DNA of 64,000 nucleotides, taken from assembly GCF_009914755.1 (NCBI RefSeq), contig NC_060936.1, one strand, 5' to 3'. The translations under genes were made by a program, and so were the position numbers. How positions within the stretch are numbered: position 1 is the stretch's first letter; each line of letters starts with the position of its first letter. Under the pieces are notes generated by a model. It saw only the letters and a program-made list of their open reading frames with translations. It searched no databases and was not told where the DNA came from. This DNA comes from the human T2T-CHM13v2.0 reference genome, Homo sapiens. Below, one piece after another: positions 43,370 to 64,000 of the stretch.

Positions 43370-43830
43370 CTAAAAAATAAGCAAAATTCACATTAGCATA
43401 ATCATGCTGATTCATGCATTAATTTTTTTACCCAAGGAAAGTTTCAGAATCCTCTTCAACACGGAAGAACAAATTATTGGATTTCTTTTCTGTAAATCCA
43501 CTCACTGCCTCATTACCACAGTTGAAAACGGTCACCAAAACACCATTCAACACCCAGATTCCTTTCCACAAAATAAAACTCGTGTATGACTCATAAAAGC
43601 ATAGTTCTCAAGCTGTCTAAAGACAGACACTGCTGGTTATCACACAATAGAAATCCCCACTTCTAACTTCCTACCGGACACCTGTATTTGATTAGAGGGC
43701 ATCTCAGGACATGAACTGTGACTGTCCTAAGCCAATCACACTAACCTCATTTTTCTTTGTTGGTGATGACATTAAAAAATTGTACTGGAAGCCCCTGGGA
43801 AAGACTGCCATCTTCTAATAAAAGGCGAAT

Positions 43831-44757
<927 letters not shown>

Positions 44758-45532
44758 CTAGACTCTGCAACAGCCATACTACAACTGGGAGGAAATTTAT
44801 CACCCACACACCGAAGAAAGCAAGGCAGAAAGATGGAAAGAGCCTGGGCCCTTCACCAATCCTAGAGCTACTTACCTCTGAAAATCTTATGTAAAAATGT
44901 GTGCTTATGTGAAAAATTTGTTATTAATGTTTAAGCTACTAATACTTGTTTAATGTTTAAGTTCTAATACTTGAAAGTGAGAGCATCCTGACAGATTCTG
45001 GTATTCAATCTTGAATTAAGATTAACCATATTCTCTAAATATAGACTAATAGCCAAAATTTATTTTAAATGTGTAAATAAAGAATAAGCATGAAAATAAC
45101 CCAGGATAAAATACAGACTACTTTATAAGTCTGTGGTTACATAACAAATGATGTATGCAATCTAGACTAATAAAAGATCATATAAGTACAAAACCTAAAT
45201 GCCATTTCAATATTTATCTTTAAACTTTTGTAGACTGATTTGGTTACACTAACCAACTTCTACTGTTAGTCGAACAATAAATATAACACTACACATTCTT
45301 TACCATTATTAAAGCAGAGTATATAACAATAAAGCTGATATATGTTGAGTAAATAGTATATGCCATATCTAAGTACTTTAATCAATTAGTCCTTACAACA
45401 ACCTTTTCAGAAAAGCAATAAAGGTCCAAAAAGTAGAATAAAACAGCATTCTTTGATCTAAAACTCAAAATAACAAAATTAAAAAGGACCTTCCACCTGA
45501 ACATTTTAACTCTCTACTTAAAAAATAACAAA

Positions 45533-45847
45533 GGCCAGGCATGATGACTCACACTTGTAAATCCCAGCACTTTGGGAGGCTGAGGCGGGTGGATCACAAG
45601 GTCCGTAATTCAAGACCAGCCTGGACAATATGGTGAAACCCTGCTTCTACTAAAAATACAAAAATTAGCCACACATGGTGGCAGGTGCCTATAATCCCAG
45701 CTACTCACAAGGCTGAGGCAGGGAACTGCTTGAACCCGGAAGGCAGACATTGCAGTGAGCTGAGATCATGCCACTGCACTCCAGCCTGGGCGACAGAGCA
45801 AGACTCCATCTCAAAAAAATAAATAAATAATAAAAAATAAAAAAAAA
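45533..45847 (+). mobile_element. Alu (S-like)
   Basis: Dimer with A-rich tail. Confidence 0.9.
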
Positions 45848-46313
45848 ACAATAAAAAGACTACATATTAGATCTCTAGAACAAATTAAAGCAGTGATCAC
45901 AGGAAATTTTACAGTCTTAAACACTTCAATAAAAACAAAAGAATAAAATTAAACTCCTAACTCAGAACACTAGGAAAAAACTAGAAGATAAACCAAAAGA
46001 ACTGTGGTGCTGGATTAGAGCTGGATTAGAGTGTGAATGCAAAATATCAAGTCATCACTTTTTAAAAATTTATTTTCTAGCCCTGACCATTTAAAAGAGC
46101 CTAGAAGCAATGACATCCCAGTGGGAACAAGCACACCGTGTGCTCACATCATGGTTTCTAAATACCATTTCAAATACATAAATGAACCAGGATCCCTAGG
46201 AAAAACTTCAGACATAATAGCAGCCAGCACTTGTTTAAAGATTGGACATGGCATATAGGGAAATAAAGAAATCAAGGAGTTTGATTCATTTGATTCATTC
46301 AAAGGCTTTTACA

Positions 46314-46597
46314 GCTGGGCACAGTGGCTCATGCCTGTAATCGCAGCACTTTGGGAGGCTAAGGCAGGCAGATCACTCGAGCCCAGAGACCAACCTGGGC
46401 AACATGGCAAAACCCTGTCTCTACAAACATACAAAAATTAGCTGAGTGGTGGTATGTACTTATGGTCCCAGCTACCTGGGAGGCTGAGGTGGGAGGATGG
46501 CTTTAGCCCAGGAGGCAGAGGTTGCGATTAACCAAGACTGCGCCACTGCACTCCAGCCTGGGTGACAGAGCCACACACTGCCTCAAAAAAAAAAAAA
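46314..46597 (+). mobile_element. Alu (J-like)
   Basis: Dimer; shares its 5' flank with the Alu at 6303. Confidence 0.88.
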
Positions 46598-46722
46598 GGG
46601 TGGGGGGGAGTGGGAGGGAAGGAGGAAGGGATGAAGGGAAGAAGGGAGGGAGGGAGAAGGGAGGCAAGGAGGGAGGGAGGGAGGAAAGGAGGGAGGGAGG
46701 AAACAAGGAAGGAAGGAAGAGG
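46598..46722. repeat. Polypurine (GGGA/GGAA)n low-complexity tract
   Basis: Almost pure G/A run following the Alu tail. Confidence 0.9.
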
Positions 46723-46837
46723 TGATAATACATTATCTTTCAGATGTATTGAATTTGGCATAACCATGCTGTAGCCAATAAGGAGTACACATGTATACAT
46801 ACACACACCCCTGATGAAAAGAAAAGGATAGATTTGG

Positions 46838-47125
46838 GCCGGGTGTGATGGCTCACACCTATAATCCCAGCACTTTGGGAGGCTGAGGCAGGCAGATCAC
46901 TTCAGGCCAGTTTGAGACCAGCCTGGCCAAAATGGTGAAACCCTGTCTCTACTAAAAATATAAAAAATGAGCCAGGCATAGTGGCATGTGCCTGTAATCC
47001 CAGCTACTCAGGAGGCTGGGGAAGGAGAATCGTTTGAACCCGGGAGGCAGAGGTCACAGTGAGCCAAGATCATGCCACTGCACTCCAGCCTGGGAGTTAC
47101 AGCAAGACTCTGTCTTAAAAAAAAA
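46838..47125 (+). mobile_element. Alu (S-like)
   Basis: Dimer with A tail. Confidence 0.9.
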
Positions 47126-48014
47126 AGACAAGATTTGAGAGTTCTGAGCATTACAGGCAGTACTTGAAATCACATGCAGATGAGACAGCTAAGGAGAGTG
47201 AAGATAGAAAAGGACCAAAGATACAAAATAAAGGGAAGAGAGAAGAGATAACAAAGATGACTAAGGAGTGGTCAGAATATAAGGAGGAAAACCAGAAGAG
47301 AAAGGTATCACACAAATGAAAGAAAAATCAAGTTAATCTCAATTTCAAGGACAGGAGTCACCAACCACATTAAACATATACATGACCAGAGATCAATTAA
47401 GATATGAAATGAAAAGGAGAATCTCAGAATTTGACAATTAAAAACTCAGTGGTAACTTGGACAGTGCAGTTTCAATAAAATTACTTAGCTCAAAGTTAGA
47501 TTATAGAGTATAAAAACTAAACAGATGTTGAGGAAACTGAGACAATAAAGACTATTTGTCAAGAAACTTCTGTGTGAAAAGAGGCAAGGATAAGGCATCA
47601 TGTAAGAAGAGGGCTTTTATGTTTAAGATGATAGAGACTTAAATACATATTGGGAGGAATGGAATTCAACAGACAGAGTAGGTGGGAGAGAAAGATTTCT
47701 CAGTATGCTGAAATCACTAAAGATGCCAGAAGGGATGGAAGAGGAGGGATTATCCTTGAAGAGAAAGGTACACTTTGCCCACAGAGATAGACAAAGACTA
47801 AGTATGAATACCAGTAGTTTTGTGTACGGGGCAAGAAGCTGAAGTTCTACCAGAAAGCCTTTATTTTCTTTCTGAAATAGAAAACTAGGAATGAACGACA
47901 GACATTCAACAGAATAATTAAGTACAAATTAGGAGTTGAAAAAATTCTTAATTTCAAATCCTGAAATAGTTTATCAACCAATCTGAATACAGTGACAACT
48001 ATCACAAAGGGTAA

Positions 48015-48336
<322 letters not shown>

Positions 48337-49656
48337 TGTAGTCCCCATTTTTATAATAAAGAAAAGCATTAGGAATAGGCAAGACATCTTCATGGTTTCA
48401 AGGTGAACATCAAAAAAAATTTCATCACAAGCTGGTGATTGGTTAGATGGACAGGAGCAATTGGGGCAACTCTTCAAAGCAGAATCACCATGTCAAAGGG
48501 ACTAGCAATCAGTGTTTACCCAAATCACTGTATACCCAAAGATGATCAGAACTTCTGAGACCAATCACACTAATAAAAATGACTTAATGACTAAACCAGA
48601 GTTTACTAATTCATAATGAGGTTATCACTTTCCAATGAATTTCCATGAAAGTCACATTCCTATCCAGGATACCTACCTTTCTACTTTCAAAAGGTACCTA
48701 AGAAGCTGAGTATTCAGAAAACATAAACTCAGAAAAAGAAAGGCAGAAATGGCATAACGGAGAGATAGTCCCTGATCTGTAGAAAAGCAAGATGAAGTAT
48801 TAATAGTCTGCCTCTCCAGACCTCTCCTCTACACAACCCCAGATTCAGTGTCTCTTGTTAACAGCAGTTTTATCCTGCTTCTCTGACACCCACTTTTGAT
48901 GCTAATCATTCCCATCTCTATACTACATTGTTTCCTTAAACGTTAAAATCAATGATTAGGATTCCGTGAAGGTGCTTTTCCTGTCTATCTATATGTTAAC
49001 GTACATGGATTAAATCTTAGGAGTTCTAAGGGCACCTCACTTTCTCAGTCTCCAAACTTGTCTTTACTAAAAAACTTAAAAGACCACAGAGAAAAGGAAA
49101 CAGGGGTTTGAAAGAGAAGCAAAGCTTGGGGAAAAAAAAGAAAAGAAAGAAAGAAAAGGAAGAAATAAACAGGGGAAGGGGGGAATCAGACAAAAAATAA
49201 ATTAGGGCATTTTTCTTCTGATGTATTAGGCTTTGAAATTATTTTAGGTTACATGAACACTACAGTAGTTAAACTGGAATGGCTCAGACACTAAGAAATT
49301 TATACTCTGGTTTTTAAAGGAATGGCAGGTGAAAAATAAAACCTATTCATCTCACTTCTGCTAACCATAAAAATAAAATGCACTAGAATTCACCAGCATG
49401 TCTATAAAATTGGCACTACAGTATCCGGGGTCACCCTCTTATTTGTCATCCCTGTCAAAAACTACTAAAAAATTAACAAAGAACTTTCTAAATCAAATTA
49501 CGCCACATTTCACAATTTATTCTCCATTCATCTCAAAGGTAAATGAAAAATATGGCTCAAGGTTTAAAGAACAACAGTATATGAGTGGCCTCCCGTGACC
49601 AGGTAACTGTTCCACACAGTTCATGCATTTAAAACTCCCACGAGAAATGGCCCATG

Positions 49657-49940
<284 letters not shown>

Positions 49941-51028
49941 CTAAAAGATCAGAGCACAGAAAGAGAGCAGGTTCACTGATAAGAAATCATGCTGGAGAAT
50001 CAGTGTAAAAGTAATAAATTGCCAATGAATCCCTAAAACTAGACCGCAATTATTTCTCAAACTGACATACAGCTATCCCTACCAAAATCCTGGCAGGCTT
50101 TTTGTTGTTGTTAAAATTGAAAGCCGACCCTAAAATTTATTTGGAAATATAAGTTGTTTAGAAATTTTGAAAAAAAGAACAAAAAACTTACACTACTGAA
50201 TATCAACATTTACCATAAAGCTACAGTACTCAAGACAATGTAGTACTGGTTTTAGGGTAGACATATAAATCAGTGCAACAAAAACAGAGTTCAGAAATAA
50301 ACCCACACATTTATGGTCAACTGATCTCCAACAATGGTGGTGAGCTAAATCAGTGGGAAAAGGATAGCCTTTTAAACAAATGGCGCTGGTACTACTCAAT
50401 ATTCATATACCCCCTTCCCCATCAAAAAATAAACTTACATCTTCACCTCATACTATACACACAAAAAAAGCCTCAAAATGCATCACTGACCAAAATATAA
50501 AAGCCGAAATTGTAAAATTTCTACATTAAAGCAAAGAAGAAAATCTTTGTGACCTTGGAAAAGATTTCTTAAATATGACACCAAAAGCACAATCCATAGA
50601 AGGAAAAAAGAAATAAAAAAATGGTTCTTCAAAAAGTCACCGGTACAAAAATGAAAAGATAACAGACTAGGAGAAAATATCTGCAAATCATTTACCTGAT
50701 AAAGGAGTTGTACACAAACTGTATAACAAATTCACAAGTATAAGACAAACAACCCAATTAAAAAAAGATCTGAACAGACACTTCACCAAGATATACAAAT
50801 GTTTAATATGAATATGAAAATAGGCACATCACTAGTCATTAGAGAAATGCAAATTAAAACCACAATAAGGTATCACTATACAACTAACTAGAATGGCTAT
50901 AATTAAAAAAACTGACAATACCAAGTGTTGACCAGGATGTGGAAAAACTAGAAGCCTCTACATTACTGGTGGGAAAGTAAAATGATTCAGCCATTTTGGA
51001 AAACAACTTGGCAGTCCTTAAAAATTTA

Positions 51029-51652
<624 letters not shown>

Positions 51653-51902
51653 TTTACACATAAACTTACTATATAACCCAGCAATTCCACTCCCAAGTAC
51701 CTACCCAAGAGAAATGAAAACATATGTCCACTCAAAGACTTGTCTATGAATATTCATAGCATTATTCATAATAGCCATAAACTGGAAACAATCTAAAACT
51801 CCATCAACTGGTAAATGGATAAACAAAATGTGGTATATCCATTCAATGGAATATTATTCAGCCATAAAAATAAAGTACTGACACATGCTATAGCACGGCT
51901 GA

Positions 51903-52197
<295 letters not shown>

Positions 52198-52777
52198 AAC
52201 ATGGCTGAACTCTGAAAACATTAGGCTAAGTGAAAAAAGCCAGACACAAAATCATATTGTATGATTACATCTAGGTGAAAGTTCTAGAAAAGACAAACTA
52301 CAGAGCCAGAAAGCGGGTCAGGAATTGCCTGTGTGTGGGGGTGGTACAGGAACCAACTACAAATGAACAAGAGAATTTTGGGGGCTAGTGGAAGTGCTCT
52401 AAAACTGGATCACAGTGATCGCTGCATAAATGTAGAAATGTATTAAAGCTTACCAACGGTGCACCCACAAAGGGTGAATTCTATGGTATATAAATCATAA
52501 CTAATAAAGCTGTTTTAGAAAAATTCATGAAACAAACAGGACTTTTTCAAAAAGTTTCAGTCATAAAGGTTTATTTTAAATAAATAAGAAAACATTCTTC
52601 ATTTCCATTATTCTTTATCTTGTAAACCATCAAAAACAGCTATGATTTTTACACTATGATATACACTTTGCTTCCCCAAATTTTGGTGCCTGCTAACTTG
52701 GGTTAAACACAGTCTAAAGTTTGTACTTGGGCAAACTGGATTTATCAACTTTTTCTAAAAAGAATAATGCATCTCAC

Positions 52778-52948
52778 CATAAGGCTCACACCAGACTGGA
52801 AAAGCTCATATGGGTAGAGAATTCTTTCATAATGTGACTTCAAAAGAGACCCAGTTCCTTTTCCTGGCAGATATCCCAAGCGACTACCCACTTTAGACCA
52901 TTTCTTCTCTTTGGTGACCATTTCAAAACCTCCTTTGCTGGCAACAAT
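52778..52948 (-). CDS. KDM5A: KDM5A exon 4 (171 nt), ARID C-terminal half
   Basis: [57 protein letters not shown]; AG 52950-52949, GTGAGA at 52777. Confidence 0.97.
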
Positions 52949-53671
52949 CTGAAAAGAAAGTAAAAGTTGCTTAGAGAAAAAAGGCAAATTCAAGCATCTT
53001 GACTCTTAAGTCTTGTCTACTAAATAGAAAAATTATTCAGGGCTTAAATTTCAAATTTCCTTTCAATGAGTATCTAACCAAACTGACACTTGTCAACATT
53101 TAGAGTAAGAAATAGAAACAATGCTTTTCAGAGGTTTAAAATGTAATTAACATTATGCCTACCTTCAAACCAAGCATTCAAAAATATTTAATGAATACTC
53201 TGTACAGTACGCACTGTGAGAAAACTAAACACATGTACAGACAGACTACCTACTTATGGAACTCACAATATGAAATAAGAATAAAAACAGATAAAAAATA
53301 GATATGAAAATAAATGTTATATAATACAAAATAAACATAAATCCTGAAATTAGAAATAACCAAGTAACTTACAGAACTTAACAAAAACGTCAATCAAACC
53401 ATGAATACAGAGGACAGTTGTGAAAAACAGGCTATAATTTTTCAAAAGGGCAAGAGTTTTATATGGAAGATTATAAAGGAACACTGAAAAAGATTAGGTT
53501 GCAGTAGATTTACCGATACGGAGTACAGAATATATTAAGGTAGAAAACGATGAGATAAATTGGCTAACTTGGCTGAATGGTCACATCAAGCCAGGCACTC
53601 TACAGAATACATATTTCAAAGCTCCTTAACGTCCAGGAGCTGTTACTATACATCTCTTAGGCTCTAAAATA

Positions 53672-53993
53672 CAGTCATGCACTGCATAACATTTTGGTCA
53701 AATATAGACCGCATATATGACAGTGCTCCCATAAGATTATAATACCATATTCTTACTGAACCTTTGTGTTTAGATACATACACAAATACTTACCATTGTG
53801 TTACACTGCCTACAGTATTCAGTAGAGTAACAGGCTGTACACCTTTAGGTCTAGGAGCAACAGGTTATACCACATAGCCTAGGTGTGCAGTAGGCCATAC
53901 CATCTGGGTTTGTATAAGTACATTCTATGTTTGCACAATAATGAAATCCTCATGTTTTTCAGAACATATCCCTGTCATTAAGTGACACGATTG
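53672..53993. mobile_element. Tigger3a/GOLEM-type DNA transposon
   Basis: TA-cagtcatgcactgcataac...cccataagattataatacc...gtcattaagtgacacgattg-TA. Confidence 0.75.
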
Positions 53994-54111
53994 TACAGGC
54001 AGTTTTCAATTTCACTGAGAATAAAGGGGACTGTGACACAGTGTTCAAACTCAGTTTCTCCTATTTGATTGAGTATATACTACTGTATCTTACTACATAA
54101 AAAAAAAGTTA

Positions 54112-54723
<612 letters not shown>

Positions 54724-54724
54724 A

Positions 54725-55220
54725 GTTAAAAGTTAAACATAAAATTACCATATGATGCTGCAATTTCACTTCTAGATATATACTCAAAGAACTGAAAGGA
54801 GGGACTCAAACAGATTCTTGCACACCAATGTTCACAGCAGCAATACTCTTGAGAGTCAAAACAGAACCCAAAAGTTTATCAACAGATAAATGAATAAACG
54901 AAAGGTAGTATAATAAAATACAATGGAATATTATTCTGCCTTAGAAAGTTCTGATACATCCCAAACATGAATGAATTTTGAAAATATAAAATAAGCCAGA
55001 GACAAAATGATGACTACTGCATAATTCCATTTATATAAGCTACATAGAGTAAGCAAATTCATAGAGACAGAAAGCATAATAGAAGTTGCCAGGAGTGGTG
55101 GAAGGGAGAAGTCCTGGAACTATATAGTGGTGATAACTGTACAACACTGTAAATGTACTTAATGCCACTCAACTGTGTATTTTTAAATGTTGATGCTACA
55201 TATACAATTTTTTAAAAAAA
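54725..55220 (+). mobile_element. Old L1 (L1MB-like) 3' fragment
   Basis: aaaattaccatatgat..gcaatttcacttctag, caatggaatattattc, aaattcatagagacagaaag, aatgccactcaactgt. Confidence 0.7.
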
Positions 55221-55293
55221 GATGAAAAGAAGACTCGAGCCAGACTGCCAGTATTCAAATTTCAGTTCTGTCACTTACTAGTTATATGACCTT

Positions 55294-55635
<342 letters not shown>

Positions 55636-56203
55636 TCAATTTCCTCACCATCATCAAAATAGTAACAACGGTGCCTACACCTCGTTATGAGGCTACTGTG
55701 AGGACAAATAAAATAAAATATGAAAAGCACCAGGATAAAGTACTATACCAATGTTGCTATATTACAAATGTCTATGAGTGTGGACAAATGGAGGAGAGGG
55801 TACACATACTAAAAATAAGTGAAGGAAATGTTTTCAACTCTTGTGCTTTATGATGTTATTATAAACAAAGATGAACCTATGGCCGAAGTACAATTTTCCT
55901 CTAGTGAATGATCTAAAAGCTTGGTAGAAACACAAATTCATATGCACAAGAGTTGAACACATCTCTTTAGTTCTTCAGCTCCTCCTATCACACCCTCAAA
56001 GAAGCCCTCTCTGTTCAAACAATCAATCAGGGGAAAATCATACAGAGACAAAAATTATTTTTCAAAGTACAGAGAAAGACACAATGAAAATGGTTTAGAT
56101 AGAGGGCTGTCTGGAAGCAACTGGATGGATTAGAGTGCCTTTCATTCAACAGGTAACTTTCAGTGCTTCTATACTGCCAGCTACTATTCTAGGTACCTGG
56201 GAT

Positions 56204-56264
56204 ACATTTATGAATAAAACAAAGATCTTTGTCACATTTTATGAATAAAACAAAGATCTTTGTC
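56204..56264. repeat. About 31-bp tandem duplication
   Basis: acattt(t)atgaataaaacaaagatctttgtc occurs twice. Confidence 0.85.
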
Positions 56265-56953
56265 CTCATGGAGCTTACATTCTAGTGGAGGAAGACAGAC
56301 AATAAACAATGAACATAATATATAAATTTTGAAGGGATAAATATTGTAGAAGAAATTAAAAAGCAGTCAAGGGGCCTCCAGGTAACAGGGTAAAGATAAT
56401 CTGAAGTATTAAACGATTGCAAAAAGCCTTATTATAAAGATGAAATCTAAGCAAAGACTTGAAAGGAGTGAAGTAGTTAACTAGCAGATATAAAGGGAAC
56501 AGACAAAGCAAAGGCTCCAAGTCAGAAGCATGCCTAGAGTGTTTGAGGAAAATAAGGAAGCCAGTGTGGCTAAAGCAAAGTGAACAAGCAGGGAGAAGTA
56601 AAAGAACTCAGGGAGGCAACAGAAGCCCTCTTATCTTTACTATCCAATACAATAATCACTCTGACATAATAATCTGCTTTGTATTCAAAGCATTTCAAGC
56701 TAAATTTCCATTAGTTATGATACACCTGCATGGATCCAGTCATGATGTCCCACCCAGTTCTGGTGATTAGTAGCAGCCAGGATACGGCCATGACAAAGGA
56801 ATAAACTATCTCACAAAGAAAACAAAACCATTACTTTGGCTCCACGCATACAATACTCTAACAATCTAACCAAAAAACACACAAAACCTAATACCTGTTT
56901 TTCTTTGGCTGGCAGATTCAAAGATTATCATACATAATTTAAAAATACAAACC

Positions 56954-57265
56954 AGGCCAGGCATACTGGCTCATGCCTGTAATCCCAGTACTTTGGGAGG
57001 CCGAGGCAGGTGGATCACCTGAGGTCGAGAGTTCGAAACCAGCCTGGCCAACATGGTGAAACCCTGTCTCTACTAAAAATACAAAAATTAGCAGGGCGTG
57101 GTGGCAGGCACCTGTAATCCCAGTTACTTGGGAGGCTGAGGCAGGAGAATCACTTGAACCCAGGAGGCGGGGATTGCAGGGAGCTGGTTTCATGCCACCT
57201 CATTCCAGCCTGGGCAACACAGCGAGACTCTGTCTCAAAAATAAATAAAAATTAAAAATAAAATA
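56954..57265 (+). mobile_element. Alu (S-like)
   Basis: Dimer; TSD aaaatacaaacca. Confidence 0.9.
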
Positions 57266-57457
57266 CAAACCATTTACTCCAAATATTTGCCATGTACTAT
57301 ATCACAACACTGTCCCCAGAAATATCACTATGAACCATGCTCTATAAAAAGATACATGGCATGCACTTGAATTGAACACAATGAAGACAAGCCGTTTATC
57401 AAAACTTGACCAAAAAGTAGTATCGCTCAAGACCAAAACAGCTGGGAACAGAGACTC

Positions 57458-63575
<6,118 letters not shown>

Positions 63576-64000
63576 CTAGAGACAGTTTTAACATACCTAA
63601 AGAACAGTCTTCTACTTAAAAGCTCCCTCTAAAAAAATCCACTAAAAAGACAGGAAAGAAACAAAAAGGCATCCTCTCAAGAGGTCAAATAGACCAAGAA
63701 AGGAACCAAATACAAATGTAGACAATATTTTGAAGATAGTGATAAGCCAAAACAATAACAAAAACAGACAAACAAAAATTACAAGTTTAAGTGCCTTACA
63801 ACAGAGGAAAGCCAGAGAAGCTTTTGCAACATAGAACCTGGAAAGGCTTCAGAGGAGCCCCCTTCCTCCCTTTTCTAAAACAAGGAAAAAAAAAAAAGTC
63901 TTAAGAAGTAGCAGCAGTACCTCTAAAATTAGGGGTGGCAATGCAGCAGAGAACAGGATTGTGAAAACCTGTATAGAAGCACTTAGACCTCTTCCAGGCA

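Overview
Primate (very probably human) genomic DNA lying entirely inside the histone H3K4 demethylase gene KDM5A (JARID1A/RBP2), which is transcribed on the - strand. Sixteen complete GT-AG coding exons (4-19, numbered from my recollection of the gene) and the start of exon 20 splice into one open frame covering the ARID C-terminal half, PHD1, JmjC, the C5HC2 zinc finger and the PLU-1 region. The introns hold about 46 Alu/FLAM elements (about 37 antisense to the gene), LTRs, DNA transposons, minisatellites and two full-length inactive L1PA elements in inverted orientation (29627-35750 +, 57458-63575 -) bracketing exons 4-10. Main finding: these two L1s have different 5'UTR types and flanks yet share patches of the same non-consensus substitutions, including one identical ORF2 nonsense codon and a 120-bp perfectly identical tract, which suggests repeated gene conversion between the arms of an intragenic 6-kb inverted repeat. 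Other candidates: an unexplained GC-rich island in intron 19 (38-nt cassette-exon signals plus H/ACA-like structure), an L1 antisense promoter aimed at exon 11, a copied Alu with its 5' flank, and a strand-specific 21-bp hairpin. Repeat family names and consensus comparisons come from memory, not from a search.
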